Source: an uncultured archaeon (GTDB lineage: Archaea; Hadarchaeota; Hadarchaeia; Hadarchaeales; Hadarchaeaceae). Taken from it: DNA of 58,432 bases. The position numbers and the translations under genes were made by a program. Shown here piece by piece: positions 18,883-27,676 of the stretch. The stretch lies in contig CAKZTQ010000021.1 in the NCBI GenBank assembly GCA_937921735.1, positions 1 to 58,432 on the forward strand, read 5' to 3'. Position 1 is the first letter of the stretch; every line of letters starts with the position of its first letter. The notes under the pieces are model-generated. The model saw nothing but the letters and a program-made list of their open reading frames with translations. It had not been told where the DNA came from and ran no database searches.

Positions 18883-20211
18883 CTAACCTCCGGATTTTGC
18901 CCTTTCATATAAATCCTGAGCCGCCTTCTCAGCCTTTCGCAGAACCTCCTCTTCACGTAAACTTTTAACTTTTCTATCCTCCATTAGAATCCTTCCATCC
19001 ACAATAGTCGTATCAACATCTCCAGCGTTTGCAGAATACACTAAATTTTCCACTAAGTTGGTAGGACCCCTTAGAAAAAGTGGATAGAGATGGGGAGAAC
19101 TTAAATTTACCAGGATTATATCGGCTTTTTTACCCACTTCTAGACTCCCGATTTCTTTGTCCATATCCAAACATGCAGCACTCCCCAACGTCGCCATTTT
19201 TAGCATTTCTCTACAAGGCAATGCAGAAGCGCTAGTTTGGTATAACTTTTGAAGATACGAACCGATCCTCATTTCCTCAAACATGTCTAAATTATTGTTG
19301 CTGAGAAAGGAGTCTGTCCCCAAACCGATGATTATCCCATTTGCCTGCATTTTTAAAATGGGAGCTACACCTGAGGCCAACTTCATATTACTCGTCGGGT
19401 TATACGCAACTGTTACCCTTCTTTTTTTGAGTATAGCTATATCTTTCGCGGTTAAATGTACGCAATGAGCTGCGTGGACTCTGCTCTTTAAAAAATCTAT
19501 TTTATCGAGATATTCGACTGGCGTGACCCCATGCTCTTTTTTAATCCTTTTAACTTCATCACGAGTTTCAGCGATATGGATGTGTATCCCCACGCGATAT
19601 CTCTCCGCCATCTCTTTTACCCTCAGAAGAGTTTCCTCGGAGCAAGTATATGGTGAATGTGCTCCGAACCATGTTATAATTCTCCCGTTTGCCTTGCCGT
19701 TCCATTCTTTTACCAGCCTCTCATTTGTAACGATGGTTTCAGTTCGATAAGATTCGTCCATAATCTGGCAACTCAAAACAGCGCGAAGCCCTGAAATTTT
19801 AACCACTTTTGCGACCTCTTCCTGAAATCTAAAAATGTCTATAAAAGTGGTGGTGCCTGATTTTATCATCTCCAACTGATTCAAAAGCGCGGCAGCCCGC
19901 ATATGCTCTCGTCGGAGCGCTCGCTCCGCTGGTAAACATATCTTACTTAACCAACTCATCAAAGGGAGGTCTTCGCACAGACCGCGAAGCAGACATTCGT
20001 GCATGTGGGCATTTACTAAACCGGGCAAGACAGCTTTTCCTTTTGCATTTAAATATTTTTCAGCCTTAAATGTCCGGGAAATTCGTGAAGGTCGACCTAT
20101 AGCAACTATTTTGTTACCCTTTATGCATACGCTGCCCTCGAATGGCTCTGAATCGTATTTTGTTAGAAGAATCCCGTCGCAAATCATTAGGTCCACTTTT
20201 TCCTTTTCCAT
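18883..20211 (-). CDS. Metal-dependent deaminase (MtaD/SAH-MTA deaminase family)
   Basis: PGLVNAHMH, GTTTFID, HSPYTCS, HIHIAET, AHCVH, NPTSNMKLASG, LGTD. Confidence 0.9.
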   Translation of the reverse strand: MEKEKVDLMICDGILLTKYDSEPFEGSVCIKGNKIVAIGRPSRISRTFKAEKYLNAKGKAVLPGLVNAHMHECLLRGLCEDLPLMSWLSKICLPAERALRREHMRAAALLNQLEMIKSGTTTFIDIFRFQEEVAKVVKISGLRAVLSCQIMDESYRTETIVTNERLVKEWNGKANGRIITWFGAHSPYTCSEETLLRVKEMAERYRVGIHIHIAETRDEVKRIKKEHGVTPVEYLDKIDFLKSRVHAAHCVHLTAKDIAILKKRRVTVAYNPTSNMKLASGVAPILKMQANGIIIGLGTDSFLSNNNLDMFEEMRIGSYLQKLYQTSASALPCREMLKMATLGSAACLDMDKEIGSLEVGKKADIILVNLSSPHLYPLFLRGPTNLVENLVYSANAGDVDTTIVDGRILMEDRKVKSLREEEVLRKAEKAAQDLYERAKSGG

Positions 20212-21108
20212 TTAGCCCCTCCTCTTATGTTGTCTAAAGGCTAACCCGGTTAGCTCCCTTATCTCAGTAAAGCCTTTCCGATGCATAAAGGTTAGTATCT
20301 CGTCCACTATGTTACCAAAAATGTTTCTATTACTTATCGCAGCGGTATGTAAACTGATGAGCGTGGCCCCCGCCATCAGCATTTCGATCGCATCTTTTCC
20401 GCTTGCTATGCCTCCTCCTCCGAATATCGGACAATCGGTATTCATGTATACCTTGGCTACGCATGCTAAGGCCACCGGTTTAATCGCCGGCCCTGAAAGA
20501 TACCCAAATCCATATTCTCCACCTAACAAAGGTTTCCCTAATTCGATGTCGATCGCCAAGGCTGGACCAATAGTATTGATGCAAGAAAAGGCATCAGCGC
20601 CTGCTTGTTGGAATTTTCGAAGAAAAATGGGTAAGTCTAGGAGATTTGGACCAAATTTAACTACTAGAGGAATACCGATCCTCTTTTTCACGGTTTTAAT
20701 GAGCCTCACTAACGATGGAAGGGAGGCAGATGGGACAGGTACCTCTATCATCGAAGCTCCCGCATCTTGGAACGATTTGGCTAGCTCCGAAGTTTCCTTG
20801 GGCGTTTTTCCTTTTACGCTCGCTATTATTGGTAAATTACATTTTTTAGCTATTTCAAATTCTTGGAGCCATCTTTCTCTACCTATATCAGACCAGTCTA
20901 TGTTGAGGAGCCCGTGATTAACTTTGATAATGGAAGGTTTGGGAGCTTCTGCTGGCTCAGGATAAATAGTCTTGGTTACTACGCCACCCACTCCCCTTTG
21001 TGAAGCTATTGCTAGAATTGATTTCCCATCTTTAGTCAACGGGCCCGCTGAGATCACTGTTGGATACCTGAAATTAACTCCTGCCACCTCGACTTGGAGC
21101 TTGGACAT
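20212..21108 (-). CDS. Dihydroorotate/dihydropyrimidine dehydrogenase-like FMN protein
   Basis: SAGP, VTKT, VVKFGP, INTI, GYLSGPAIKP, GGGGI; usual NxSCP loop replaced by EVPVPS. Confidence 0.85.
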   Translation of the reverse strand: MSKLQVEVAGVNFRYPTVISAGPLTKDGKSILAIASQRGVGGVVTKTIYPEPAEAPKPSIIKVNHGLLNIDWSDIGRERWLQEFEIAKKCNLPIIASVKGKTPKETSELAKSFQDAGASMIEVPVPSASLPSLVRLIKTVKKRIGIPLVVKFGPNLLDLPIFLRKFQQAGADAFSCINTIGPALAIDIELGKPLLGGEYGFGYLSGPAIKPVALACVAKVYMNTDCPIFGGGGIASGKDAIEMLMAGATLISLHTAAISNRNIFGNIVDEILTFMHRKGFTEIRELTGLAFRQHKRRG

Positions 21109-21118
21109 TCGACTTCAC

Positions 21119-22510
21119 CTACATAGGGAGAGACCAGGGGGGAGCAATGGGTTTTGCGATGGCTCGCTCTTGATATTTTTCCGCACATTCGATAGCTCTG
21201 TTGATCACTTCCTGCTCATCAACCGTGAGCACTTTCCCTTTCCTAGCTACAATGTTCCCATCGACCATCACGATTTCAACGTCGGATGCCCTTGCTCCAA
21301 ATGCCAGAACGCTCATTTTATCGAATGCTGGGGTCAGATGGGATTTTCCTGAAATATCTACTACAATAATATCAGCTTTTTTCCCGACTTCTAACGAACC
21401 AATTTCTTTTTCTAGCCTCAAAGCTTTTGCACCCCCTAAAGTAGCAAGTTCAAGAACTTGGGAGGGCGGCAAAATCGTGCGATCGAGGTGATGAACCCGG
21501 AGAAGGGCAGCAGCTAGAAGCATGAGTTCAAACATGTCAAAAACGTTAACTCCATCAATACCCAAGCCTACCGTGCATCCTCTCCGAAGCAACTCCACAA
21601 CAGGAGCGACGCCATTTCCTCCGAGCATATTGCTTTTGACGTTAAAAGCCAACTTAATATCATTTCTCTGCCATATGTCGAGTTCCTTCTTTGAGATGTA
21701 AATTCCATGAGCTGCAACCAAATCCGGACCTAAAAAGTTTAAACTGTCCAAGTATTCTATGGGGCCATTAAATCCTCGATGCCGTTTAATGAATTCTACT
21801 TCAAATGGTCCTTGGGCCACGTGTAGCTGGATACCGCATCCGTACTTGTTCGCGATTTCCCTAGTTTTAATAAGCGTTTCTGGATGACATGAGAAAGCCG
21901 TATGGACACACATCATTCCTTTTATTCTGGAATCTTTTCTCATATTCATTTTTCTCACGAAATTTTCATTTTCTTTTACCCCGAGCTCCCCGTTTTCTCT
22001 GCTTATCCTATCCGTTGCTTCAAAAGAACACACCGCACGAATGCCTACTTCCTCAACTGCCTTAGCAACATGATCCAATACTCCTGGCAGAGCATTCGGT
22101 GCTTCAATGATATCCGCCGTGCAAGTGATGCCACGTTTTAGCATTTCAACCGCAGCGAGAAGTGTTCCAACATAAGCGTCTTCCTTGGTACATGTCTCCT
22201 CTATCTTTGGCCACCACCACCGAGTCAATCGCTCGCCGAAGTCGGAGAAGTTTATTTCAGATGGAATGGGCAACTGCATATATCTCGTTAAGGAATTGTA
22301 CATGTGGTTATGGCAGGAAACAAATCCAGGTAATATAGCCCTTCCAGTTGCATCGATATGCTCATCTGCCCTCCACTCCTTTTTGATTTGTGATGTTTCA
22401 CCAACCGCTACTATCCTATTTTCCTCCACCACGACAGCGCCCTTTTCTATGATCCTCCTTTTTTCATCCATTGTGACAACATATCCATTCTCGAGAATGA
22501 CTGAAGCCAT
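21119..22510 (-). CDS. Amidohydrolase/deaminase (SsnA/chlorohydrolase-like)
   Basis: PGFVSCHNHMY, GITCTAD, HTAFSC, QLHVAQ, AAHG, LGID, GSLEVGKKADI. Confidence 0.88.
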   Translation of the reverse strand: MASVILENGYVVTMDEKRRIIEKGAVVVEENRIVAVGETSQIKKEWRADEHIDATGRAILPGFVSCHNHMYNSLTRYMQLPIPSEINFSDFGERLTRWWWPKIEETCTKEDAYVGTLLAAVEMLKRGITCTADIIEAPNALPGVLDHVAKAVEEVGIRAVCSFEATDRISRENGELGVKENENFVRKMNMRKDSRIKGMMCVHTAFSCHPETLIKTREIANKYGCGIQLHVAQGPFEVEFIKRHRGFNGPIEYLDSLNFLGPDLVAAHGIYISKKELDIWQRNDIKLAFNVKSNMLGGNGVAPVVELLRRGCTVGLGIDGVNVFDMFELMLLAAALLRVHHLDRTILPPSQVLELATLGGAKALRLEKEIGSLEVGKKADIIVVDISGKSHLTPAFDKMSVLAFGARASDVEIVMVDGNIVARKGKVLTVDEQEVINRAIECAEKYQERAIAKPIAPPWSLPM

Positions 22511-22542
22511 CAGCAAAAGCAAAGCAATACGACAATAAAAAG

Positions 22543-22561
22543 ATTGTGCTTAAAGCACAAT
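22543..22561. promoter_or_regulatory. Perfect inverted repeat, candidate operator
   Basis: ATTGTGCTT-A-AAGCACAAT between the LLM and amidohydrolase genes. Confidence 0.45.
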
Positions 22562-22583
22562 AGTAAGAAAAACTAATGCTTGA

Positions 22584-23570
22584 TCACGTTTCTCTGAGCC
22601 TCTGGAAAGTTCTCCCCAGAATCCCGATAGCCCTTTCTGGGTCTTTACCAATAGGGGCCGAACAAACAAGCTGAGTTACTCCGGCAGATATATGTTCCTT
22701 AACTTTTTTTAAACACTCATCAGGCGTGCCTGCTATAGCAAAGTTTTCAATCATTTCATCCGTCACGTGCTCTGAAGCTTTTTTCTCATCGGGTAAAGCG
22801 TCGATAATAGGTTTAATATCCTGCGCCGACATGTCAACACTTTTCAATACATACTGGGGCGTCACGGCCATACTGTAAACCAAGTAGGGGCGAGCCATTT
22901 GGAAAGCCTCTTCACGTGTATCAGCGACCGAAAAGATTACGGAGTTGGCAACATCGAAATTCGTTTTCTCCCGAGCCGAAGTTTCCAGACCTTTTTCGAT
23001 ATATTCGCGCGCGATCTCCACATACTTTGGTGGAACACTGCCAAGTAGCACACCATCTGCAATTTCACCAGCGAGTTTTAACATCTGGGGGCCCCTGCAT
23101 GCCAGATAAACTGGAATCTGCACGGGAGGAAAAGATAAACGAACATTTTCTATATTTATCATCTCTCCTTTAAAGCTTGTTTCATGTCCACTTATAACGG
23201 ATCTAAATACGTGCACAAATTCTCTTAAAACTTTCAAAGGTTTTCGAACGGCAAACTGAAGTGGGTTGAGTAAGTTTAATCCACCGATTCCCACCGCGAA
23301 AACCGCTCGTCCCCTCGCCAATTCTTGTAAAGAGGCCATAGCGATGGCGGTGATAACTGGGTGTCGCGTATAAGGATTTGTACATCCTGGGCCGACCAAC
23401 ACTTTGGAAGTCCGGAGTACGATCGCGCTCATCGTCACATAAACATCTCTATAAAAATCCTCGTCTGCAATCCAAATGTATTTAAAACCATTTTCTTCTG
23501 CAACTTGAGAAAGACGAACGAGATTTGTTATCTCCATATTTGGGATAAATAACAAACCAAACTCGACCAT
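22584..23570 (-). CDS. LLM-class, probably F420-dependent oxidoreductase (Mer-like)
   Basis: AEENGF..IWIAD, GPGCTNPYTRHP, GRAVFAVGIG, ACRGPQMLKLAGEIADGVLL, IAGTPDEC. Confidence 0.88.
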   Translation of the reverse strand: MVEFGLLFIPNMEITNLVRLSQVAEENGFKYIWIADEDFYRDVYVTMSAIVLRTSKVLVGPGCTNPYTRHPVITAIAMASLQELARGRAVFAVGIGGLNLLNPLQFAVRKPLKVLREFVHVFRSVISGHETSFKGEMINIENVRLSFPPVQIPVYLACRGPQMLKLAGEIADGVLLGSVPPKYVEIAREYIEKGLETSAREKTNFDVANSVIFSVADTREEAFQMARPYLVYSMAVTPQYVLKSVDMSAQDIKPIIDALPDEKKASEHVTDEMIENFAIAGTPDECLKKVKEHISAGVTQLVCSAPIGKDPERAIGILGRTFQRLRET

Positions 23571-23582
23571 GACAGTCCCTGA

Positions 23583-24401
23583 TTACAAATATCGCCAGAA
23601 GAAAACTCCTGACAAATTCGTTCGCACCTTGAAATAAATAGCGACCGCTAGAATGAAAATACCCGTGATCATGAAAAGGTAATCTTTCCAAGTATATACA
23701 TTCGGTTTTAAAAAGGTTCTCCTTTTTTCGGCGCCGAACCCTTTTAGTTGTAAGGCTATTGCCATCTGTCTAGCTTTATCGAGAAAAGTAAGAATAAGCG
23801 GAATGAAAATTGGCACGTATGCCTTGATCCTTTGAACTAGTCCACCTGTATCAAATTTTTGACCCCTGCATGCGAAGGAATCCTTTATGTTAGAAAAGTG
23901 TGCAAATGATTCCGGCAAGAACTTAAAGCTAGAAATCACCATAAATGGCCCGGTATAAGAAAAGCCTAAGTGCTCTTGGGCAAACTGTCCAACTGAGCAA
24001 GCCAAATCAGTCATATCCGTTACCATAACGAAAAACAAACAAATCGTAACTGACGTTATTATCCGGAGACCCATAGCTAGAGCATAAATAACGCCATCTA
24101 CAGTTATAAGGCCGCCCAATATTGGTGTGCCGGTTCTATAGAAGAATGGCCAAACGACTATGATAAACGCTACCAGGAGTGGGTACGCTATCTTTACTAC
24201 TTTAGCGAATTCCCTCCCAATCCTAGCCATTTTAGTCATGCTAAGAACCAAAATTAGGACGGCCGATAGGAAAATGGGGTTAGTAATGATAATGGGTACA
24301 ATGATAAGACAAATCCACCAAATTGCCTTCACGAGCGGATTAAGGAGGTGGAAGGGAGAATCCCTTTTTGCTGCATCAACTACGATGTCAACTATTCGCA
24401 T
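23583..24401 (-). CDS. ecfT: ECF transporter transmembrane T component
   Basis: LNPLVK, several TM helices, ACRG and LQLKGF variants of the conserved Arg motifs. Confidence 0.88.
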   Translation of the reverse strand: MRIVDIVVDAAKRDSPFHLLNPLVKAIWWICLIIVPIIITNPIFLSAVLILVLSMTKMARIGREFAKVVKIAYPLLVAFIIVVWPFFYRTGTPILGGLITVDGVIYALAMGLRIITSVTICLFFVMVTDMTDLACSVGQFAQEHLGFSYTGPFMVISSFKFLPESFAHFSNIKDSFACRGQKFDTGGLVQRIKAYVPIFIPLILTFLDKARQMAIALQLKGFGAEKRRTFLKPNVYTWKDYLFMITGIFILAVAIYFKVRTNLSGVFFWRYL

Positions 24402-25221
24402 GTTTCTCTCTCCTCAATTTTTTGATTAGCTCGGCGGATATTTTTTCAATTGTAAAGTCGTCTACATTGATAAATTTAGATAAATAAGGCTGTAACAAGT
24501 AGCTCGTCGGAGGAATTATATGTGCGTTTTTCAGCGTTTCAAATTTAAGAAACGCCTCACGGGTCTGGCCGTCTATCAGGATCTGCCCTCTCGCCATAAC
24601 TACCACCCGTTCAACAAATTGGGCAACTACTTTCATGTTGTGGGTAATTACTATTACTGTCTTTCCCTCTTTTTGCAGCTTTTTAAGAAGCTCCATCATT
24701 TGGATGCTCTCCCTCCAGTCAAGTCCAGTGGTTGGTTCGTCCACTATTAGCACGGAAGGTTGCATCGTCAGAATTGAAGCGACTGCTACCTTCTGTCTTT
24801 GGCCCCTACTTAGGTTATAGGGTGCCTCATCTAGGAACTCGTATAATCCAAGTGTTTTTGCCACCTCTTCAACTACCTCTTTTATTCTTTTCTCAGAGAA
24901 TCCTAAGTTCCGAGGACCAAAGCTCATCTCCTCTCTAACCGACTCAGCGAAAATTTGATGATCAGGATTTTGAAATACGTATCCTATCCGCCCCGCCAAC
25001 TGTGAGATCTTATATTCCCTTATATCACGCCCGTCGATCAAAACTTGTCCTTTAGTGGGCTTTAATAAGCCAACAAAATGTTTCACGAGGGTGGTTTTAC
25101 CCGAACCATTGTGCCCTACTATTGCTAAAAACTCCCCATCTCTAATCTTAAGATTGACATCGCGAAGGGCGACGACACCCGATGGTTGATATACATACCA
25201 TAAATTTTTTACTTCAATCAT
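24388..25221 (-). CDS. ecfA: ECF transporter ATPase
   Basis: GHNGSGKT, FQNPDHQIF, LSRGQ, DEPT, ITH. Confidence 0.92.
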   Translation of the reverse strand: MIEVKNLWYVYQPSGVVALRDVNLKIRDGEFLAIVGHNGSGKTTLVKHFVGLLKPTKGQVLIDGRDIREYKISQLAGRIGYVFQNPDHQIFAESVREEMSFGPRNLGFSEKRIKEVVEEVAKTLGLYEFLDEAPYNLSRGQRQKVAVASILTMQPSVLIVDEPTTGLDWRESIQMMELLKKLQKEGKTVIVITHNMKVVAQFVERVVVMARGQILIDGQTREAFLKFETLKNAHIIPPTSYLLQPYLSKFINVDDFTIEKISAELIKKLRREKHANS

Positions 25222-26072
25222 TTTTTCGCCTTTATAAGTTTTGTAAACAACTCTACCCCTTCCTCAAATCTAACGGGAATTTTAGGAAGGCGGACGCCCG
25301 CCTTTAACAAATTATAGGCTATTTGGGCAACTGCAGGAGGATCTAATCCATGCTTTTTTAAGAAGTCAACTTGAGATAATACCTCGTCCGGAGAACCCAT
25401 CGCAACTATCTTACCCTCACTTATCACCACAATTTTGTCTGCAAACTCAGCGAGTATCTCTATGTTGTGATCCACCATCACTATTGTTTTACCTTCCTTT
25501 TTAAGACGCGCAACTACTTCCATTACTTCCTCGACACCTAACGGATCCAAATCGGATAGGGTCTCATCTAAAACCAGTACTTCTGGGCGAAAAGCTAAGA
25601 TTGTAGCTATTACTACCCTTTGTTTTTCTCCCCCGGAGAGAAAGAAAGGATGTCTTTTTCGATATCCCTCTAAGCGCGTAATTTTAAGGGCTTCGTCTAC
25701 CCTTTTCTGGATTTCTTCCCGTGGATATGCAAAGTTTTCTAATTGGAAAGCTACTTCTTTTTCCACATCCGTCATAAAGAGCTGAGATTCTGCATCTTGT
25801 AAACATATCCCCACGGTTTTCAATATTTCCTTAAGAGAGAGTTCTTTGGTATCTTTTCCCTTAATCAGAATTTTGCCGCTCAACTCACCTTCTACCGCAT
25901 GAGGTATAACACCAGCGAGACAATAGCATAATGTTGTCTTCCCAGCCCCTGATGCACCACATATCCCAACAAATTCTCCTTTTTTGATCTCTAGAGATAC
26001 CCGCTCAAGCGCTTTTTTGCTGCTTTGTTTGTACGTGAAACTTACGTCCTGAAGTTCGAGCAGTGCCCCCAT
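25218..26072 (-). CDS. ecfA: ECF transporter ATPase
   Basis: GASGAGKT, QDAESQLF, LSGGE, LDET, VDH. Confidence 0.92.
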   Translation of the reverse strand: MGALLELQDVSFTYKQSSKKALERVSLEIKKGEFVGICGASGAGKTTLCYCLAGVIPHAVEGELSGKILIKGKDTKELSLKEILKTVGICLQDAESQLFMTDVEKEVAFQLENFAYPREEIQKRVDEALKITRLEGYRKRHPFFLSGGEKQRVVIATILAFRPEVLVLDETLSDLDPLGVEEVMEVVARLKKEGKTIVMVDHNIEILAEFADKIVVISEGKIVAMGSPDEVLSQVDFLKKHGLDPPAVAQIAYNLLKAGVRLPKIPVRFEEGVELFTKLIKAKK

Positions 26073-26217
26073 CTTTATCTCACGACCATTGTTTTTCTGT
26101 ATTTTTATCTTTTTCCGATTCTAATTTGGTCAATTTGACAAACGGTCTTAAAATAGAAAGTGGAAGAAAAAAATATTTTTCATTTTGTCTCACATAATCT
26201 AATGGCAAGGGGTTAAC

Positions 26218-27582
26218 ATGATCGTAAAAAATGCGACGGAAATCATTGATAACGCAAAAAATAAAAAACTGCAAAAAGCGAGAAAAATCTTAGTAGAACT
26301 AGTCGATTATGTCATAAAAAATGTTGATCCTTACCTTGCGGTAAAGAAAAATGTGAAAGTAGAAGGCAGAAAACTTAAAGTGAAAAAACGTGTTTTTGAT
26401 CTATCCAAGATCGAAAGAGTTCTTGTCATAGGAGGAGGCAAGGCGAGCGTAAGAATGGCAGAAGCTTTAGAGGAGCTTTTAGATGAAAAAATTACCGATG
26501 GAATTATCGTTGCACCTAAGAGAAAATCTTTGAGAAAGATAGAAGTGGTTGAAGCCGGACATCCAATTCCTACGTTGGACGGAATAAAAGGAACCGAAAA
26601 AATGCTCTCTTTGCTGGAACAAGTGAATGAGAAAGATCTAGTTTTCTGTTTATTGAGTGGCGGTGGCTCCGCGCTAATATGCCTGCCCTCGACAGATCTA
26701 ACGCTAGAGGACCTAAGAGAAACCACCGATCTTTTATTAAAAAGCGGTGCTACGATCCATGAAATAAACATCGTTAGAAAACACTTATCCCAAGTAAAAG
26801 GAGGACAACTAGCGGCTAAAGCCCAACCTGCTCAAGTCGTTAGTTTAATCATCTCCGATGTTCTTGGAAACAGGATCGATACGATCGCTAGTGGCCCTAC
26901 CTCCCCAGATCCGAGCACGTATGCGGACGCCCTCCGCGTTTTAAAAAAACGTGAGATCCTCAAAAAAATTCCAAGCAGGGTTTTAACGCATTTGAGGAAA
27001 GGAGCTGATGGAAAAATTCCTGAGACCCCTAAGCCAAATGATCCCTTGTTCAAAAATGTGGTAAATTTAATCATTGCGGATAATTCCGACGCTCTCAAGG
27101 CAGCTGCTGAAGTTGGAAAAATCCATCGCTTAAACGTGCACGTATTTTCGAAAAACATGTCAGGAGAAGCTAGGAAATTCGGTGAGAGATTCGCTGGTGT
27201 AGCAAAAAATGTGATCGCATCGGGAGCTCCGGTGAAAAGACCTGCCCTCCTCTTATGTGGAGGAGAGACAACGGTCAAAGTCGAGGGAGAAGGAAAGGGT
27301 GGACGCAATCAAGAATTAGTACTGGGCGCAGCACTTCAGATCGACGGTTTAAACGTGGCGATCGCCTCATTTGGAACAGATGGAATAGATGGGCCAACCG
27401 ATGCTGCAGGAGCAGTGGCGGATGGGTTCACCCTTTGGAGAGCGAGGCATCTGGGATTAGATCCCGTCGCTTTCCTCGAAAGGAATGATTCATATAATTT
27501 CTTCAAACATCTAGACGACCTGATCATCACCGGGCCAACCGAGACCAATGTAATGGATGTCGCCTTAGCCATAATACCCTAA
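26218..27582 (+). CDS. Glycerate 2-kinase (GckA/TtuD, MOFRL family)
   Basis: GGGKA, AGHPIP, LSGGGSAL, RKHLS..KGG, SDV, ASGPT, GGETTV, GGRNQE, TDGIDG, TNVMD. Confidence 0.93.
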   Translation: MIVKNATEIIDNAKNKKLQKARKILVELVDYVIKNVDPYLAVKKNVKVEGRKLKVKKRVFDLSKIERVLVIGGGKASVRMAEALEELLDEKITDGIIVAPKRKSLRKIEVVEAGHPIPTLDGIKGTEKMLSLLEQVNEKDLVFCLLSGGGSALICLPSTDLTLEDLRETTDLLLKSGATIHEINIVRKHLSQVKGGQLAAKAQPAQVVSLIISDVLGNRIDTIASGPTSPDPSTYADALRVLKKREILKKIPSRVLTHLRKGADGKIPETPKPNDPLFKNVVNLIIADNSDALKAAAEVGKIHRLNVHVFSKNMSGEARKFGERFAGVAKNVIASGAPVKRPALLLCGGETTVKVEGEGKGGRNQELVLGAALQIDGLNVAIASFGTDGIDGPTDAAGAVADGFTLWRARHLGLDPVAFLERNDSYNFFKHLDDLIITGPTETNVMDVALAIIP

Positions 27583-27676
27583 AATCCAGAATAGTTCATA
27601 CATTGCTATTGTCATGTGCGGTTAGCGAAAATTTTATGTGACTTTTAAAGGATTTCCTAAGAGATTGGGAGTATCG

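Larger units (their letters stand above)
9630..27600. mobile_element. Putative horizontally acquired AT-rich catabolic island (boundaries approximate; no integrase seen)
   Basis: Begins just after tRNA-Ile; visibly AT-richer than the flanks from ~10300 to ~27600; contains only transport and catabolic genes. Confidence 0.55.

Noticed and set aside
22584-23570. mer as a methanogenesis or H4MPT marker
   Set aside because: Only general LLM motifs are seen, and the context is catabolic with no C1 genes
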